Source: an uncultured Clostridia bacterium
GTDB taxonomy: Bacteria > Bacillota > Clostridia > Christensenellales > CAG-314
NCBI GenBank assembly: GCA_944364615.1
Contig: CALVWF010000006.1
Coordinates: 22,969 to 86,968, forward strand
Length of the DNA: 64,000 bases
Direction of reading: 5' to 3'
The first letter of the stretch is position 1. The number at the start of each line of letters is the position of its first letter. The translations under genes were made by a program, and so were the position numbers. Below, piece by piece: positions 38,263-48,998 of this stretch. The notes under the pieces were generated by a model, which had not been told where the DNA came from, made no database searches, and saw only the letters and a program-made list of their open reading frames with translations.

Positions 38263-39786
38263 TCATTCCCACTCGATGGTTGCAGGCGGTTTGCCCGTAA
38301 CGTCAAGCACTACACGGCTTATTCCTTTTACCTCGTTGACTATACGCGACGTCACTTTGCGCACCACTTTATAGGGAATCTCCTGCGCCTCGCACGTCAT
38401 AAAGTCGTTGGTAAGCACTGCGCGTAACGCCACCACGTAATCGTAAGTGCGGTAATCGCCCATCACCCCAACCGTTTTTATGGGAGTAAGCACACAAAAA
38501 CTTTGGTCGGAATGTACTTTTGCCGCCGCAAGTTCCGTATTGAATATATAGTCTGCCTCGCGCAAAATTTCCAGTTTTTCTTCGGTTATTTCACCGATAC
38601 AACGCACGGCAAGTCCCGGGCCGGGGAAAGGCTGGCGGTTGACGAGTTTTGCGGGAAGATCCAACATTCTGCCCAATTTGCGCACTTCGTCTTTAAAAAA
38701 TCCTCTCAAAGGTTCCACAATGCCTTTAAATCTTGTTTCCTTGGGCAAGCCTCCCACGTTGTGGTGACTTTTTATTACGGCGGAATTGTTTGCTCCGCTT
38801 TCTATTACGTCGGGATAAATTGTGCCCTGCGCGAGAAAACATTCGCCGTATTTGCTGCTTTCCTCTTCGAACACCTTTACAAACTCCGCGCCTATAATCT
38901 TGCGCTTGCATTCGGGATCGGTAACGCCCTTTAATTTTTCCAGAAATCTCTGTTGCGCATTAACACGAACGAATCTGAGATTTTTGCCTTTGAACGCCTG
39001 TTCTATTTCGTCCCCCTCGTTTTTGCGCATCAGTCCGTGATCCACAAATATACACACTACCTGTCCGGGAACAGCCTTTTCGAGCACTGCCGCGGTAACC
39101 GAACTGTCAACACCTCCGGACAATCCCAGAATGACAGTGTCGTTTCCTACACGACTTCGTATAAGTTGCTGTTGCCGTTGAAGCACTTTTCGTACAGAAT
39201 ACCCCTTTTTCGCTCCGCTGACGGCAAACAGAAAGTTGGCAATCATTTTTTTGCCGTAACGCGTGCGGTTGACTTCGGGGTGGAACTGCACCAGGTAAAT
39301 GTTTTTGTCAACATTTTCCGCCGACGCTATGGGACAATCGGCGGTCTGAGAAGTTACGACAAATCCTTCGGGAAGTCGCACCACTCTGTCCGAATGGCTC
39401 ATCAGCACATCCCCCGCATTTACCTCTTTAAACAGCAGGCTGTCCTTTACCACTGTCGTCCTTACCGTTCCGTACTCGCCCGTCTCGGCGGCCTCTACAC
39501 GACCGCCCAGCGTGTGACACACCAGTTGCATTCCGTAACATATTCCCAGTACGGGTATGCCCAGTTGCAACACTTCGGCGTCCATTTTCGGGGACGTTTC
39601 GTCGTAAACGCTGTACGGACCGCCCGTAAGAATTATTGCCTTGGGCGCAATTTCCTTTAAACGGCTTGCGGTCGTATTTCCCGGAAGTATTTCACTGTAA
39701 ACTCCCAGTTCTCTGACCGTGCGTGCTATAAGTTCCTTGTACTGACCTCCGAAATCGAGTACAACGACTTTGTCTTCATTTTTCAC
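38263..39786 (-). CDS. guaA: GMP synthase (glutamine-hydrolysing)
   Basis: LDFGGQY, GICYGMQ, QFHPEV, LSGGVDS, IKSHHNVGG, KPPATIEWE. Confidence 0.97.
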   Translation of the reverse strand: MKNEDKVVVLDFGGQYKELIARTVRELGVYSEILPGNTTASRLKEIAPKAIILTGGPYSVYDETSPKMDAEVLQLGIPVLGICYGMQLVCHTLGGRVEAAETGEYGTVRTTVVKDSLLFKEVNAGDVLMSHSDRVVRLPEGFVVTSQTADCPIASAENVDKNIYLVQFHPEVNRTRYGKKMIANFLFAVSGAKKGYSVRKVLQRQQQLIRSRVGNDTVILGLSGGVDSSVTAAVLEKAVPGQVVCIFVDHGLMRKNEGDEIEQAFKGKNLRFVRVNAQQRFLEKLKGVTDPECKRKIIGAEFVKVFEEESSKYGECFLAQGTIYPDVIESGANNSAVIKSHHNVGGLPKETRFKGIVEPLRGFFKDEVRKLGRMLDLPAKLVNRQPFPGPGLAVRCIGEITEEKLEILREADYIFNTELAAAKVHSDQSFCVLTPIKTVGVMGDYRTYDYVVALRAVLTNDFMTCEAQEIPYKVVRKVTSRIVNEVKGISRVVLDVTGKPPATIEWE

Positions 39787-40188
39787 AACAATCCCCCCAT
39801 ATATTGCAGGGCGCCTGCGTGCGTCCGCCTGCACCCGACTGCGTCGCTCAAACAGTGCGTAGAAACATCTTCGAAAGACATTTTTTCATTGACGTTACGT
39901 GTTTTTAAAACAACAAACAGTCTGCGCAAATATATATTTAAAATACATTAGACAATGCTCGGTTGTCAAGTTTTTACCCGATACTTTTCGGCGCAACCGT
40001 TTTACTTCGCATCAGTCTTGTCGGGATGAAATGATTTTCAACAGCGGACGGCAGTTTTTTTGACTTTTTGCAAAAAATTTATTGACACCGCACCTGTTCT
40101 CTTTTTATAATACCCACATATTGTTGCGCTCGTAAAGAGCGCATTTGCGCTTTTAACAGAAACTGTGTACTCACAAAAGGAGAAGATT

Positions 40189-42270
40189 ATGAACGTTACC
40201 GAGATGTTTTCCGATCTTGTATTTGACGACAAGAAAATGGCGGAACGTCTTCCGCCATCGGTTTATCAACAGTTTCAGCAATGCTGCAAGGAAGGACGTC
40301 CGTTGACGTTAGAAACAGCCAACGTGATAGCCAACGCAATGAAAGACTGGGCGACGGAAAAGGGAGTAACTCACTTTACGCATTGGTTCCAGCCTATGAC
40401 CGGTATCACTGCGGAAAAACACGACAGTTTCATTTCACGTTCTTCCGACGGCGGAATCACAATGGAATTCGGCGGTAAAAACCTTATAAAAGGCGAACCC
40501 GACGCAAGTTCTTTTCCGTCGGGCGGATTGCGCGCCACCTTCGAAGCAAGAGGTTATACGGCATGGGATCCAACGTCCTACGCGTTTATAAAAGACGGCG
40601 TACTGTGCATCCCCACCGCGTTCTGCAGTTACAACGGCGACGCATTGGACAACAAAACTCCGCTGTTGCGCAGTATGGAAGCGCTGAACAAACAAGCCGT
40701 CAGACTGCTCAGATTGCTCGGACGTCAGACTCAGAGCGTCAGCGTGGAAGTTGGTCCCGAACAGGAATACTTTCTTATAGACAAAAAAATGTGCGAAAAG
40801 CGCAAGGATATACTGTACACGGGTCGCACGCTGTTCGGCGCAAAACCTCCCAAAGGACAGCAACTTGACGACCACTATTTCGGACCGTTGAAACCGCGCG
40901 TTGTGGCGTTCATGAAAGAACTGGACGAAGAACTGTGGAAACTGGGCGTATTTGCCAAGACAAAACACAACGAAGTCGCCCCGTCTCAGCACGAACTCGC
41001 GTCCATATACACCACCGTAAATATTGCGTCGGACAACAATCAGTTGACAATGGAACTGATGAAAAAAATTGCCTCACGGCACGGAATGACCTGTCTGTTG
41101 CACGAAAAACCCTTCGAGGGGGTAAACGGAAGCGGCAAACACAACAACTGGTCGCTTACCGCCGACGGAAAATACAATCTGTTTGATCCGGGCAAAAGTC
41201 CGGAGGAAAGCGCACAGTTTCTGCTGATACTGTCCGCCGTTATTTCTGCGGTAGACAAGCATCAGGATTTGCTGAGAATAAGCGTGACAAGCGCCGGAAA
41301 CGACCACCGTCTGGGAGCAAACGAGGCTCCGCCTGCAATCGTTTCTATGTTTTTGGGCGAGGAACTGACAGGAATACTTCAAGCCGTTGCGGAAGATCGT
41401 ACCTATTCCAAACGGGCAGGTTGCGCCGTGGAAATAGGAGTAAAAGGACTGCCCACATTCCCAATGGACAGCACGGACAGAAACCGCACTTCCCCCATGG
41501 CATTTACGGGCAACAAATTCGAGTTCCGTATGCTTGGTTCGGCGTCTTCCATCGCAGGCACAAACGTCGTTTTAAACACCGCTCTTGCCGATGAATTCGA
41601 CCTGATCTGCAATCGCCTCGAACAATCGGAGGACATCAACGCAACAATAAAGCAGATAATCAAAGAAACAATGCAAATTCACGGCCGCATTGTTTTCAAC
41701 GGCAACAACTATTCGGCAGAATGGATACAGGAAGCGCAAAAACGCGGATTGCTCAATCTTCCGTCCACAATGGACTGTCTGCCCCTCTATACATCTGAAA
41801 AGAACATACGACTGTTCACCAAACACAAGGTTCTTACGGAAAGAGAACTGCGCAGCCGTCAGGAAATACTTACGGAAAACTATTGCAAATGTATCAGCAT
41901 AGAGGCTATGACAATGACGGAAATGGCTTTTAAGGATATAATTCCCGCCGTTACTCGTTATATCAAAGACCTGTCGCAGACAATCGCCTGCCAACGGCAA
42001 CTCAACATAGACACAAATCATTTAACAAAACTCGTAAAAACGCTGTCCGAACTGCTTGACCGCGCCTGCGAAAAAGCCGAAACGCTGTCTTCCAAGACAG
42101 AACAGGCCGCACGTTACGGTGAAAACAACGAAGGAGGAATGTTCTGTAAAAACGAGGTTATTCCCGCAATGAAACAGTTACGGGAAGTTTGCGACAAACT
42201 GGAAACGGTAACATCTTCGCAGTACTGGCCTTTCCCCTCCTACGGCGACCTGTTGTTCAGCGTCAACTGA
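40189..42270 (+). CDS. glnA: Glutamine synthetase type III
   Basis: THWFQPMTG, GEPDASSFPSGG, HEKPFEGVNGSGKH, DRNRTSP. Confidence 0.95.
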   Translation: MNVTEMFSDLVFDDKKMAERLPPSVYQQFQQCCKEGRPLTLETANVIANAMKDWATEKGVTHFTHWFQPMTGITAEKHDSFISRSSDGGITMEFGGKNLIKGEPDASSFPSGGLRATFEARGYTAWDPTSYAFIKDGVLCIPTAFCSYNGDALDNKTPLLRSMEALNKQAVRLLRLLGRQTQSVSVEVGPEQEYFLIDKKMCEKRKDILYTGRTLFGAKPPKGQQLDDHYFGPLKPRVVAFMKELDEELWKLGVFAKTKHNEVAPSQHELASIYTTVNIASDNNQLTMELMKKIASRHGMTCLLHEKPFEGVNGSGKHNNWSLTADGKYNLFDPGKSPEESAQFLLILSAVISAVDKHQDLLRISVTSAGNDHRLGANEAPPAIVSMFLGEELTGILQAVAEDRTYSKRAGCAVEIGVKGLPTFPMDSTDRNRTSPMAFTGNKFEFRMLGSASSIAGTNVVLNTALADEFDLICNRLEQSEDINATIKQIIKETMQIHGRIVFNGNNYSAEWIQEAQKRGLLNLPSTMDCLPLYTSEKNIRLFTKHKVLTERELRSRQEILTENYCKCISIEAMTMTEMAFKDIIPAVTRYIKDLSQTIACQRQLNIDTNHLTKLVKTLSELLDRACEKAETLSSKTEQAARYGENNEGGMFCKNEVIPAMKQLREVCDKLETVTSSQYWPFPSYGDLLFSVN

Positions 42271-42435
42271 CACGAATTGCTCTCTACGCAATCAACCGAC
42301 ATTTGCCCTTCCGTCGTCGGACGCGGGGCAAACCGCACACTTGCGCAATTAAAAATTTATCGCAAAACAAACAAGAGCGTCCCGAAACGGTATGTTTCGG
42401 GACGCTTTGTGTTAATCGCAATTATTCACTTTTCA

Positions 42436-43176
42436 TTACAGGTTTTCCCGATAAGGCTTTACGCGGTATCCGGCGAAAGCCCACGTCTGCAAACGGAAGA
42501 AACCCAAAAGCAACGGCAACATCGGATAAAGATAAAAATAATCCACAGGTATCCATCGGTAAAACAGTTCGAACAGGGCATTGTTGTCCCTTTTGAACAG
42601 AAAGGAATGCGTTTGCTCCACTGTAATAACCCCGTTGTCCAGCAAAACTTTGCTTATTACCGCCGATACGGTAAAATAGGCAAATACGGAAAGTAACACG
42701 GGAAGAATATATTTTTTCTGCGGTTTGAGTCTTCCGGAAGCGCACATCAGCACGGGCAAGGCGATCGCCATGGCATGATTGAGCCAAAAGTTTACAATCA
42801 CTATGTCGTTCCACCTCAACGTTGCCCAACTTTCCGGAATGGACATAAACGTCGTCATTGCTCCCCACATTGAAAACATGAAAGAGTACTGACGGGCAAG
42901 TTCGTTTTTGGGAATGAGCATCAACGGCAACAGCACAAAATTGAAGTTGCACACCTGCATCATCTGTTCGAACAGGGTAAACCAATAGAATTTGCCGTCA
43001 AATTTCATTGCCATCGCATATCGGAAGAAAATGCCCGCGCTGCAAACAAAAGCAACCACGGCAAATACCGCGTTCTGAGCCTTTCTGTTAAGTTTTCTGA
43101 TCAGCAGACACGCCAAAGCCAGAAACAGGACAGTCAAAGCCACTGCCGCAATGTGTATCAACCCGTACCTTTGCAT
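42436..43176 (-). CDS. Integral membrane protein (YwaF/TMEM164-like)
   Basis: Multiple TM helices; QVCN and FWLNH motifs; GGAGG RBS. Confidence 0.6.
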   Translation of the reverse strand: MQRYGLIHIAAVALTVLFLALACLLIRKLNRKAQNAVFAVVAFVCSAGIFFRYAMAMKFDGKFYWFTLFEQMMQVCNFNFVLLPLMLIPKNELARQYSFMFSMWGAMTTFMSIPESWATLRWNDIVIVNFWLNHAMAIALPVLMCASGRLKPQKKYILPVLLSVFAYFTVSAVISKVLLDNGVITVEQTHSFLFKRDNNALFELFYRWIPVDYFYLYPMLPLLLGFFRLQTWAFAGYRVKPYRENL

Positions 43177-43471
43177 TATTCCTCCGTAAAACCTTGTTCT
43201 GACAATCCGACCTATCAAGAGTCGAGTCTTTCGATTATATCACACATTTGCTTCGATTACAAACAAAAGACATTCATTTGTCTTCATTTCGGAAATTACC
43301 CCGGCAAAAAAGCGCCATTGTAACTCACCTGACGGACAATTAAAACAACGTGTGACAATTCCGTTACGCCTCTTTTGTAAAGTCTACTCACATTTTCAGA
43401 CGTCATACGGTTGTTGCGCAATTAAAAGGGGCAAAAAAATCCCCGTTGCAATAAAGCAACGGGGACATCGA

Positions 43472-45436
43472 TTATTTGTTCTTCGGTTCGTCGGCGTTGT
43501 TTTCCGCAGGAGCGGCAGCGTCTTCAAACGCATTGTCCGTCTTTGCCTGTTCAACCGCAGGCGCCGCAGCGTCGCGCGCTACGTGTTTTGCGTAAAACAG
43601 TTTTGCCTGTTCGTCGATGTAGGCAATTACTTCTTCCGCACTCTTGCCGTCCATCAACATCTGCACTTCCTCGTTGTGTATCGTTTCGCGTTCGAACAAT
43701 ACTCTTGCCATATTGTGCAGCACGGGTAACTTTTCCGTAAGTATATCCGTTGCGCGTTTGTGACAGGAATCCACAATCGAGCGCACCTCTTCGTCGATTG
43801 TGTTGGCAATTTCGTCGGAATAACTGTGCTGTGTCTGGTAACTTCTGCCGACAAAGACTTCGCCTTCACTTCCGTAGAACAGCGGTCCGATGCGGTCGCT
43901 CATTCCCAGTTCGGTAACCATGACGTGCGCAATTTGGGTAAGGGATTTGATGTCGCCTACCGCGCCTGAAGAAATGTTTTTGATTACCAGTTCTTCGGCA
44001 ACACGTCCGCCCAGATATTCCGTAATACGGTCAAGCAGTTTGGCTTTCGTTTCGTAGTTGTTGTCGTTGTCGGGACGAGTCATTGTGTAACCGCCCGCCT
44101 GTCCTCTCGGTATAATGGTAACTTCATGCACGGGATCGCAATATTTAAGACTGCATGCAAGTATAGCGTGTCCGCTTTCGTGGTAAGCCGTAATACGCTT
44201 GTCGGGTTCGGTGACAAGACGGCTCTTTTTCTGCGGTCCCATTATAACCTTGTTTATTCCTTCGTTTATGTCCGCCATCGTGATGACGTTGTGTTTGCTT
44301 CTGACGGCAAGTATAGCCGCTTCGTTGAGCAGGTTTTCCAGATCGGCGCCGGTAAATCCTGCTGTGATTCTTGCAACCGTACGGAAGTCGACGTCCGGAC
44401 CTATAGGCTTTTTACGGGAGTGAACGCGCAAAATTTCCTCTCTGCCCCTGACGTCGGGTCTGTTGACGTATATCTGTCTGTCAAAACGTCCCGGACGAAG
44501 CAATGCAGGGTCAAGTATGTCAGCGCGGTTTGTCGCCGCCATTACAATGACGCTGGCGTTCGTTTCGAAACCGTCCATTTCGACAAGCAACTGGTTGAGC
44601 GTTTGTTCACGTTCGTCGTGTCCGCCGCCAAGTCCCGCTCCGCGCTGACGTCCTACGGCGTCTATTTCGTCGATGAATATAATACAGGGCATATTGCGCT
44701 TTGCCTGATCGAATACGTCTCTTACACGGCTTGCGCCCACACCTACAAACATCTCGACGAAATCGCTTCCGCTCATGGAAAAGAAGGGAACACCCGCTTC
44801 ACCGGCAACGGCTTTTGCAAACAGCGTTTTACCTGTTCCCGGAGGTCCTACCAGCAGTACCCCCTTAGGTATACGCGCGCCCATGCTTACAAACTTTTGC
44901 GGTTCTTTAAGGAATTCGACAATTTCCTGAAGTTCTTCCTTTTCTTCCTCCGCTCCGGCGACGTCGCTGAAACGCACTTTAACGTTTTGCACTGCCCTTG
45001 CGCGGGATTTGCCGAAATCCATGTTCTGATTGTTTTGTTTGGATATCTGTCTGAATACCAGTATCAGCCCCACAACGGCAAGGCCCATCATTAAAAGAGG
45101 CCACAACATCGACCAGATATTGCCTTGCGCCACGTTGGTTGCCTTGTATTCGGTGTCGGAAGCAAGTCCGTTGTTGTTGGACAGCACCCACTCTTCGAAA
45201 GCGTTTCTGTCCGCAACGTTAAATTTGTAAAATTTACCGTCTACACCCTTTGCCGTTACCACGTAACCGTCAAGTACGACATTGCTGTACGCTCCGTTGA
45301 CATACTGTTTGCGGAATTCGGAATAGGTTATTTCCTGCGCCTGATCCCCCAACATCTGCCATATCATAAGTATAAGCAATACAACAAGTATTGTCGTAAC
45401 TATTGTAGAAATTATATTTCTTTTTTTAGCGTCCAA
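43472..45436 (-). CDS. ftsH: ATP-dependent zinc metalloprotease FtsH
   Basis: Two TMs, [24 protein letters not shown]. Confidence 0.97.
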   Translation of the reverse strand: MDAKKRNIISTIVTTILVVLLILMIWQMLGDQAQEITYSEFRKQYVNGAYSNVVLDGYVVTAKGVDGKFYKFNVADRNAFEEWVLSNNNGLASDTEYKATNVAQGNIWSMLWPLLMMGLAVVGLILVFRQISKQNNQNMDFGKSRARAVQNVKVRFSDVAGAEEEKEELQEIVEFLKEPQKFVSMGARIPKGVLLVGPPGTGKTLFAKAVAGEAGVPFFSMSGSDFVEMFVGVGASRVRDVFDQAKRNMPCIIFIDEIDAVGRQRGAGLGGGHDEREQTLNQLLVEMDGFETNASVIVMAATNRADILDPALLRPGRFDRQIYVNRPDVRGREEILRVHSRKKPIGPDVDFRTVARITAGFTGADLENLLNEAAILAVRSKHNVITMADINEGINKVIMGPQKKSRLVTEPDKRITAYHESGHAILACSLKYCDPVHEVTIIPRGQAGGYTMTRPDNDNNYETKAKLLDRITEYLGGRVAEELVIKNISSGAVGDIKSLTQIAHVMVTELGMSDRIGPLFYGSEGEVFVGRSYQTQHSYSDEIANTIDEEVRSIVDSCHKRATDILTEKLPVLHNMARVLFERETIHNEEVQMLMDGKSAEEVIAYIDEQAKLFYAKHVARDAAAPAVEQAKTDNAFEDAAAPAENNADEPKNK

Positions 45437-45722
45437 TTTTTTTCTCCTTTGCCGCTGCGCTTTTTAGATTACGGGCAGGGCAATTCGTCAGGCCGAAAGC
45501 GCCTGTAAAACCTTATAACAGTTTACCACAATCACGCCGTTACTGTCAATGTTTTAACTCTTTGTTTAACGTTTGTGTGACTGACACACACTGTACGGCA
45601 ACAATATACGCTATCACGATATTATATCCGCAATCCGTCACACGAAGTTTTTCCGACATGACGTGCCCGACGGCGGTTCTGCGGGTAAATTGTATACGCC
45701 GTGAGTTAAAATAGACTTAAAA

Positions 45723-46253
45723 TCAGACTGCCTTGTTACCGATTTGCTGAGTCGCCAGAATTATTTCCGCTATTTTTTGCGCTGTCTTGAAAACAAGACG
45801 GTTTTTGTCGGCACTTTCGCAGTAGAAATCCGCCATATTGCGCTCGGATACAATTCCTATTAAAGAAACGTCTCCCACGGCAACAAGTTTCTTTTCCGTT
45901 GCCGCTCCGGGAATGATGTTGCCGTCGGTCAGTTGTATACATCCCACCTGACTGCTGTCCCCCACTCCTGCGTCCACCACCACAAGCGTGCTGTCCGGAT
46001 GCAACTGTTTGATAAATTTGTGACAACGTTCCACGTTTTCCGCGGTGATGTTGTACCCTTGTATTCCGTACACAAATGCAGGTTGTCGCATATTGTCGTT
46101 TAGCAACTGCCCGACAAGCGGGCCGAGACTGTCAGAACACACTTTTTCCGTTCCTATACACATAAACACAGGCTTTTTGTCCAAAAGTTTATAAAGTTGC
46201 CTCGACATCTCCTCCAACTGTTTGCCGTCGTTTATGTTTGCCTGAGATACCAT
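45723..46253 (-). CDS. yyaC: Spore protease YyaC family (DUF1256)
   Basis: CIGTE..SDSLGPLVG, VVDA, PGAA..K.L..VGD; usual position near parB. Confidence 0.85.
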   Translation of the reverse strand: MVSQANINDGKQLEEMSRQLYKLLDKKPVFMCIGTEKVCSDSLGPLVGQLLNDNMRQPAFVYGIQGYNITAENVERCHKFIKQLHPDSTLVVVDAGVGDSSQVGCIQLTDGNIIPGAATEKKLVAVGDVSLIGIVSERNMADFYCESADKNRLVFKTAQKIAEIILATQQIGNKAV

Positions 46254-46462
46254 ATCGTTTTTCCTCCGAAATTTTTTAAAATTATTGACAGCCTTTATAC
46301 CGTTTAATTACATCTTTTTAAATAAAATGCTTTTATTTTGTCGGATTTTGTGATATACTTTTACATTGAAGTACGTTGAAATAATATATTACTTTGACGA
46401 CTTGTTTGTTTTTGCACGATGGACGTCGTTGCGTACAACATCAAATAAAACAAGGAGACTTT

Positions 46463-47215
46463 ATGACAGGTACAGTAATAGACATTATATTGGGCGTTAT
46501 TCTGCTTATTGCGATAATATCCGGATTGGTCAAAGGGCTTTCAGGCCAATTTACAGTTATTTTATGCGCGCTGGCGGCGACGATATTCGCAACCGTTCTT
46601 ACCACAATGCTTTCACACCCGATAATGAATATACCCGTTATCGCATCGTGGCAATCCATTCCGACGGGATGGTTTACACAAGAACCGCTCAACACCGCCG
46701 TGGATCTGACAATGTCTGCAGAACTCGGCGCACAAAAAATTGCCGAACTGCTCGGCGAAACGCCTTTAAGTTTCATGAGTTTTTTCAGTGCAACAATCTA
46801 TTCCGCAATGGTTAGCAAATCGCTGACCACAATCGCGCAGTTTTTCGGTGCGTTTTTGTTGGAGACATTTATAGACATCGTACTGTGGATAGTGCTGTAT
46901 ATAGCCGTTTACTATCTGCTGAGAGGGTTCAGGGCGCTTATCAGAAAAATCGCCGAAGTGCCTTTTTTCCGTGTGCTTGACAGACTGTTCGGTATTATCT
47001 GGTCGGTTGCGATGACCTATCTCGTAATTGTCGTTCTGTTGCTTACGGGCACCGAAATTGTGATTGCCAAGTGGTTCGCCGATTTTCAACCTACATTCTA
47101 TCAGTATGTCGAACAATCGGTGTTGCTGTCAAACGCCCACTCCACAAACGTATTAGGCGCAATGATTGCGCAGTTTTTCGATGTAGTGTTACCCACTCTT
47201 CCGTTTACCGTTTAA
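46463..47215 (+). CDS. CvpA-family membrane protein
   Basis: IDII...ISGLVKGL, LDRLFG motifs; AAGGAGA RBS. Confidence 0.75.
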   Translation: MTGTVIDIILGVILLIAIISGLVKGLSGQFTVILCALAATIFATVLTTMLSHPIMNIPVIASWQSIPTGWFTQEPLNTAVDLTMSAELGAQKIAELLGETPLSFMSFFSATIYSAMVSKSLTTIAQFFGAFLLETFIDIVLWIVLYIAVYYLLRGFRALIRKIAEVPFFRVLDRLFGIIWSVAMTYLVIVVLLLTGTEIVIAKWFADFQPTFYQYVEQSVLLSNAHSTNVLGAMIAQFFDVVLPTLPFTV

Positions 47216-48716
47216 CGCAGACCTTTTTAAAGCCGTTGTTTGCAACGGCTTTTTTTATTTGCCGTTTTTCGGCAGTAGCACGAATCTGACTTCCGAGGGA
47301 AACGTCGCAACAGAGGAAACAACACCGTTTCCTTTTATTTTATAAAACTTTTCTCAACTTTTTACACAGAACTTTAATCTCACTATTTAACGTTAGACGA
47401 AATTGCAAGTTGTATTTCGTCTAAAGCACGTCAACAGCGATTTGATTTTACCGCCACAACTGAAAAGGTGACTTTAACGTTTACGGCTATTCTTTACCGT
47501 AACAATGCTGACTTTGCGGCAATACGCAAATACGCCCGTTAAAACGTGCGTGTCGGCCGATTATTTGAGACGCCTTGGTAGTATTGAGCGTTAATTTTAT
47601 CGCACAACGGCTTTATTAGGGCGCCACAGACGTGAACTTAAATAAATGCGGAATAATGTTTACAGACGCTAACAAATGCTATATTTATGTTATTAAATAA
47701 GGTATGCCTGCAAATGCATTTATTATTTGGAATCGAATTGTACAAATATTTACTTGTGTTAAATTAAATTTTGTTTGTTTTAAACAAAACACCTTTAACG
47801 CCGTGTGTTATACTTATGTTATTTGATTTTACTTTAATCAGATTACTTAATATTGGACAATTAACTATTTTAAAATTTTCAAATCCTGATTTTCCATCTG
47901 CGCATTTATTTCTGTTAGCGTTACTGTTTAGGCAAACGCTTTCGGTGCACATAGTATATATAATTAAATTTACGTTGCGCAACGACAGAATCATTGCGAC
48001 AGGGTAAATGATAGCAGTTGCGACCGACAGGCAGAACAGAGCCTTGTTGATGATGAGACCCGCTACCCGATTTAGCAGTTTTCTTTACCATATAAAATTC
48101 CTACCTATAACGATTTAGGGCATTGAATTAAATTTGCCTGCACTAAGCCCGTTTCGCTATTCTAATTAATAAATACTCAACATTTAACACCTGCATTACG
48201 AGTGTGCCAATCTGTTCCGCCAATTCAATCGAATAAATGTACTGCAACGATTAAAAACGGTATTAAATTCAGACATTAAAAGGACAGTAAAATATCAGAT
48301 TCATATTTATACGGCATTATTTGTTTTACCGAACCGCCAATTTGTGTGATCTGTCATTCAATATATTTGCGTTTTGCGCTCAACCGCTTAAAATTATAGA
48401 TCGAATGTGTAATTATTTTGCCGACAACTAAACAGTTAAACGGATTTAAAACGCTTTTCTCGTCTTTTTGCATTAAAGAACCGCCGTCGCACAATATTTT
48501 CCGACAGATTTAAATGCTTGGCGGGGTTTCGCTTACCCCTGCCACGTAAAATTACGGCAAAAGCGCTTAAAAATCCCTGTTCGCAACTAAACAAATTTAA
48601 AATAGCAAAAAAAAGTCTTTTCAGTAAATACATCTTTGGAACACACTACGCAATTAATTAAAACGCGTATTCCCAAGCAAATTTTATCCATGGAAATGAC
48701 TCGCAATAAAATATGT

Positions 48717-48998
48717 TGTTTCACGTGAAACAAACTACTTTGAGTTTTTATGTCTACGAATTGTTTATGCGTGATTTCAAATTCTGTATTTGCAACAATA
48801 GGCTGTTAGTAAAGCGGAACTGTTTAGGCGTTTCACGTGAAACATCTTTACTTTATAAATCATACAGTGACGGCGTTTGGTCAACCTCTTCCCCATATAC
48901 CGCCGAACAGTGCACAAACATCAGCGTTTCACGTGAAACAGTAAAGAACCGTAGGCAAAACTTTTTGCCCGCAAACCACTGCTGTTTCACGTGAAACC
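48717..48998. other. Four parS sites
   Basis: TGTTTCACGTGAAACA 48717-48732, CGTTTCACGTGAAACA 48829-48844 and 48925-48940, TGTTTCACGTGAAACC 48983-48998; about 3 kb from parB. Confidence 0.95.

Noticed and set aside
37690-38263. Genomic island integrated at the guaA 3' end
   Set aside because: No integrase or duplicated att sequence was seen
39790-39960. Purine riboswitch upstream of guaA (contains GTTTCTAC on the minus strand)
   Set aside because: The loop motifs and P1 pairing are not found; the motif lies within a simple hairpin
12915-45094. Long antisense ORFs (for example 12915-14006, 15571-16422, 16788-17702, 18333-19301, 30664-31890, 44126-45094)
   Set aside because: They overlap well-supported genes on the opposite strand and have no recognisable motifs
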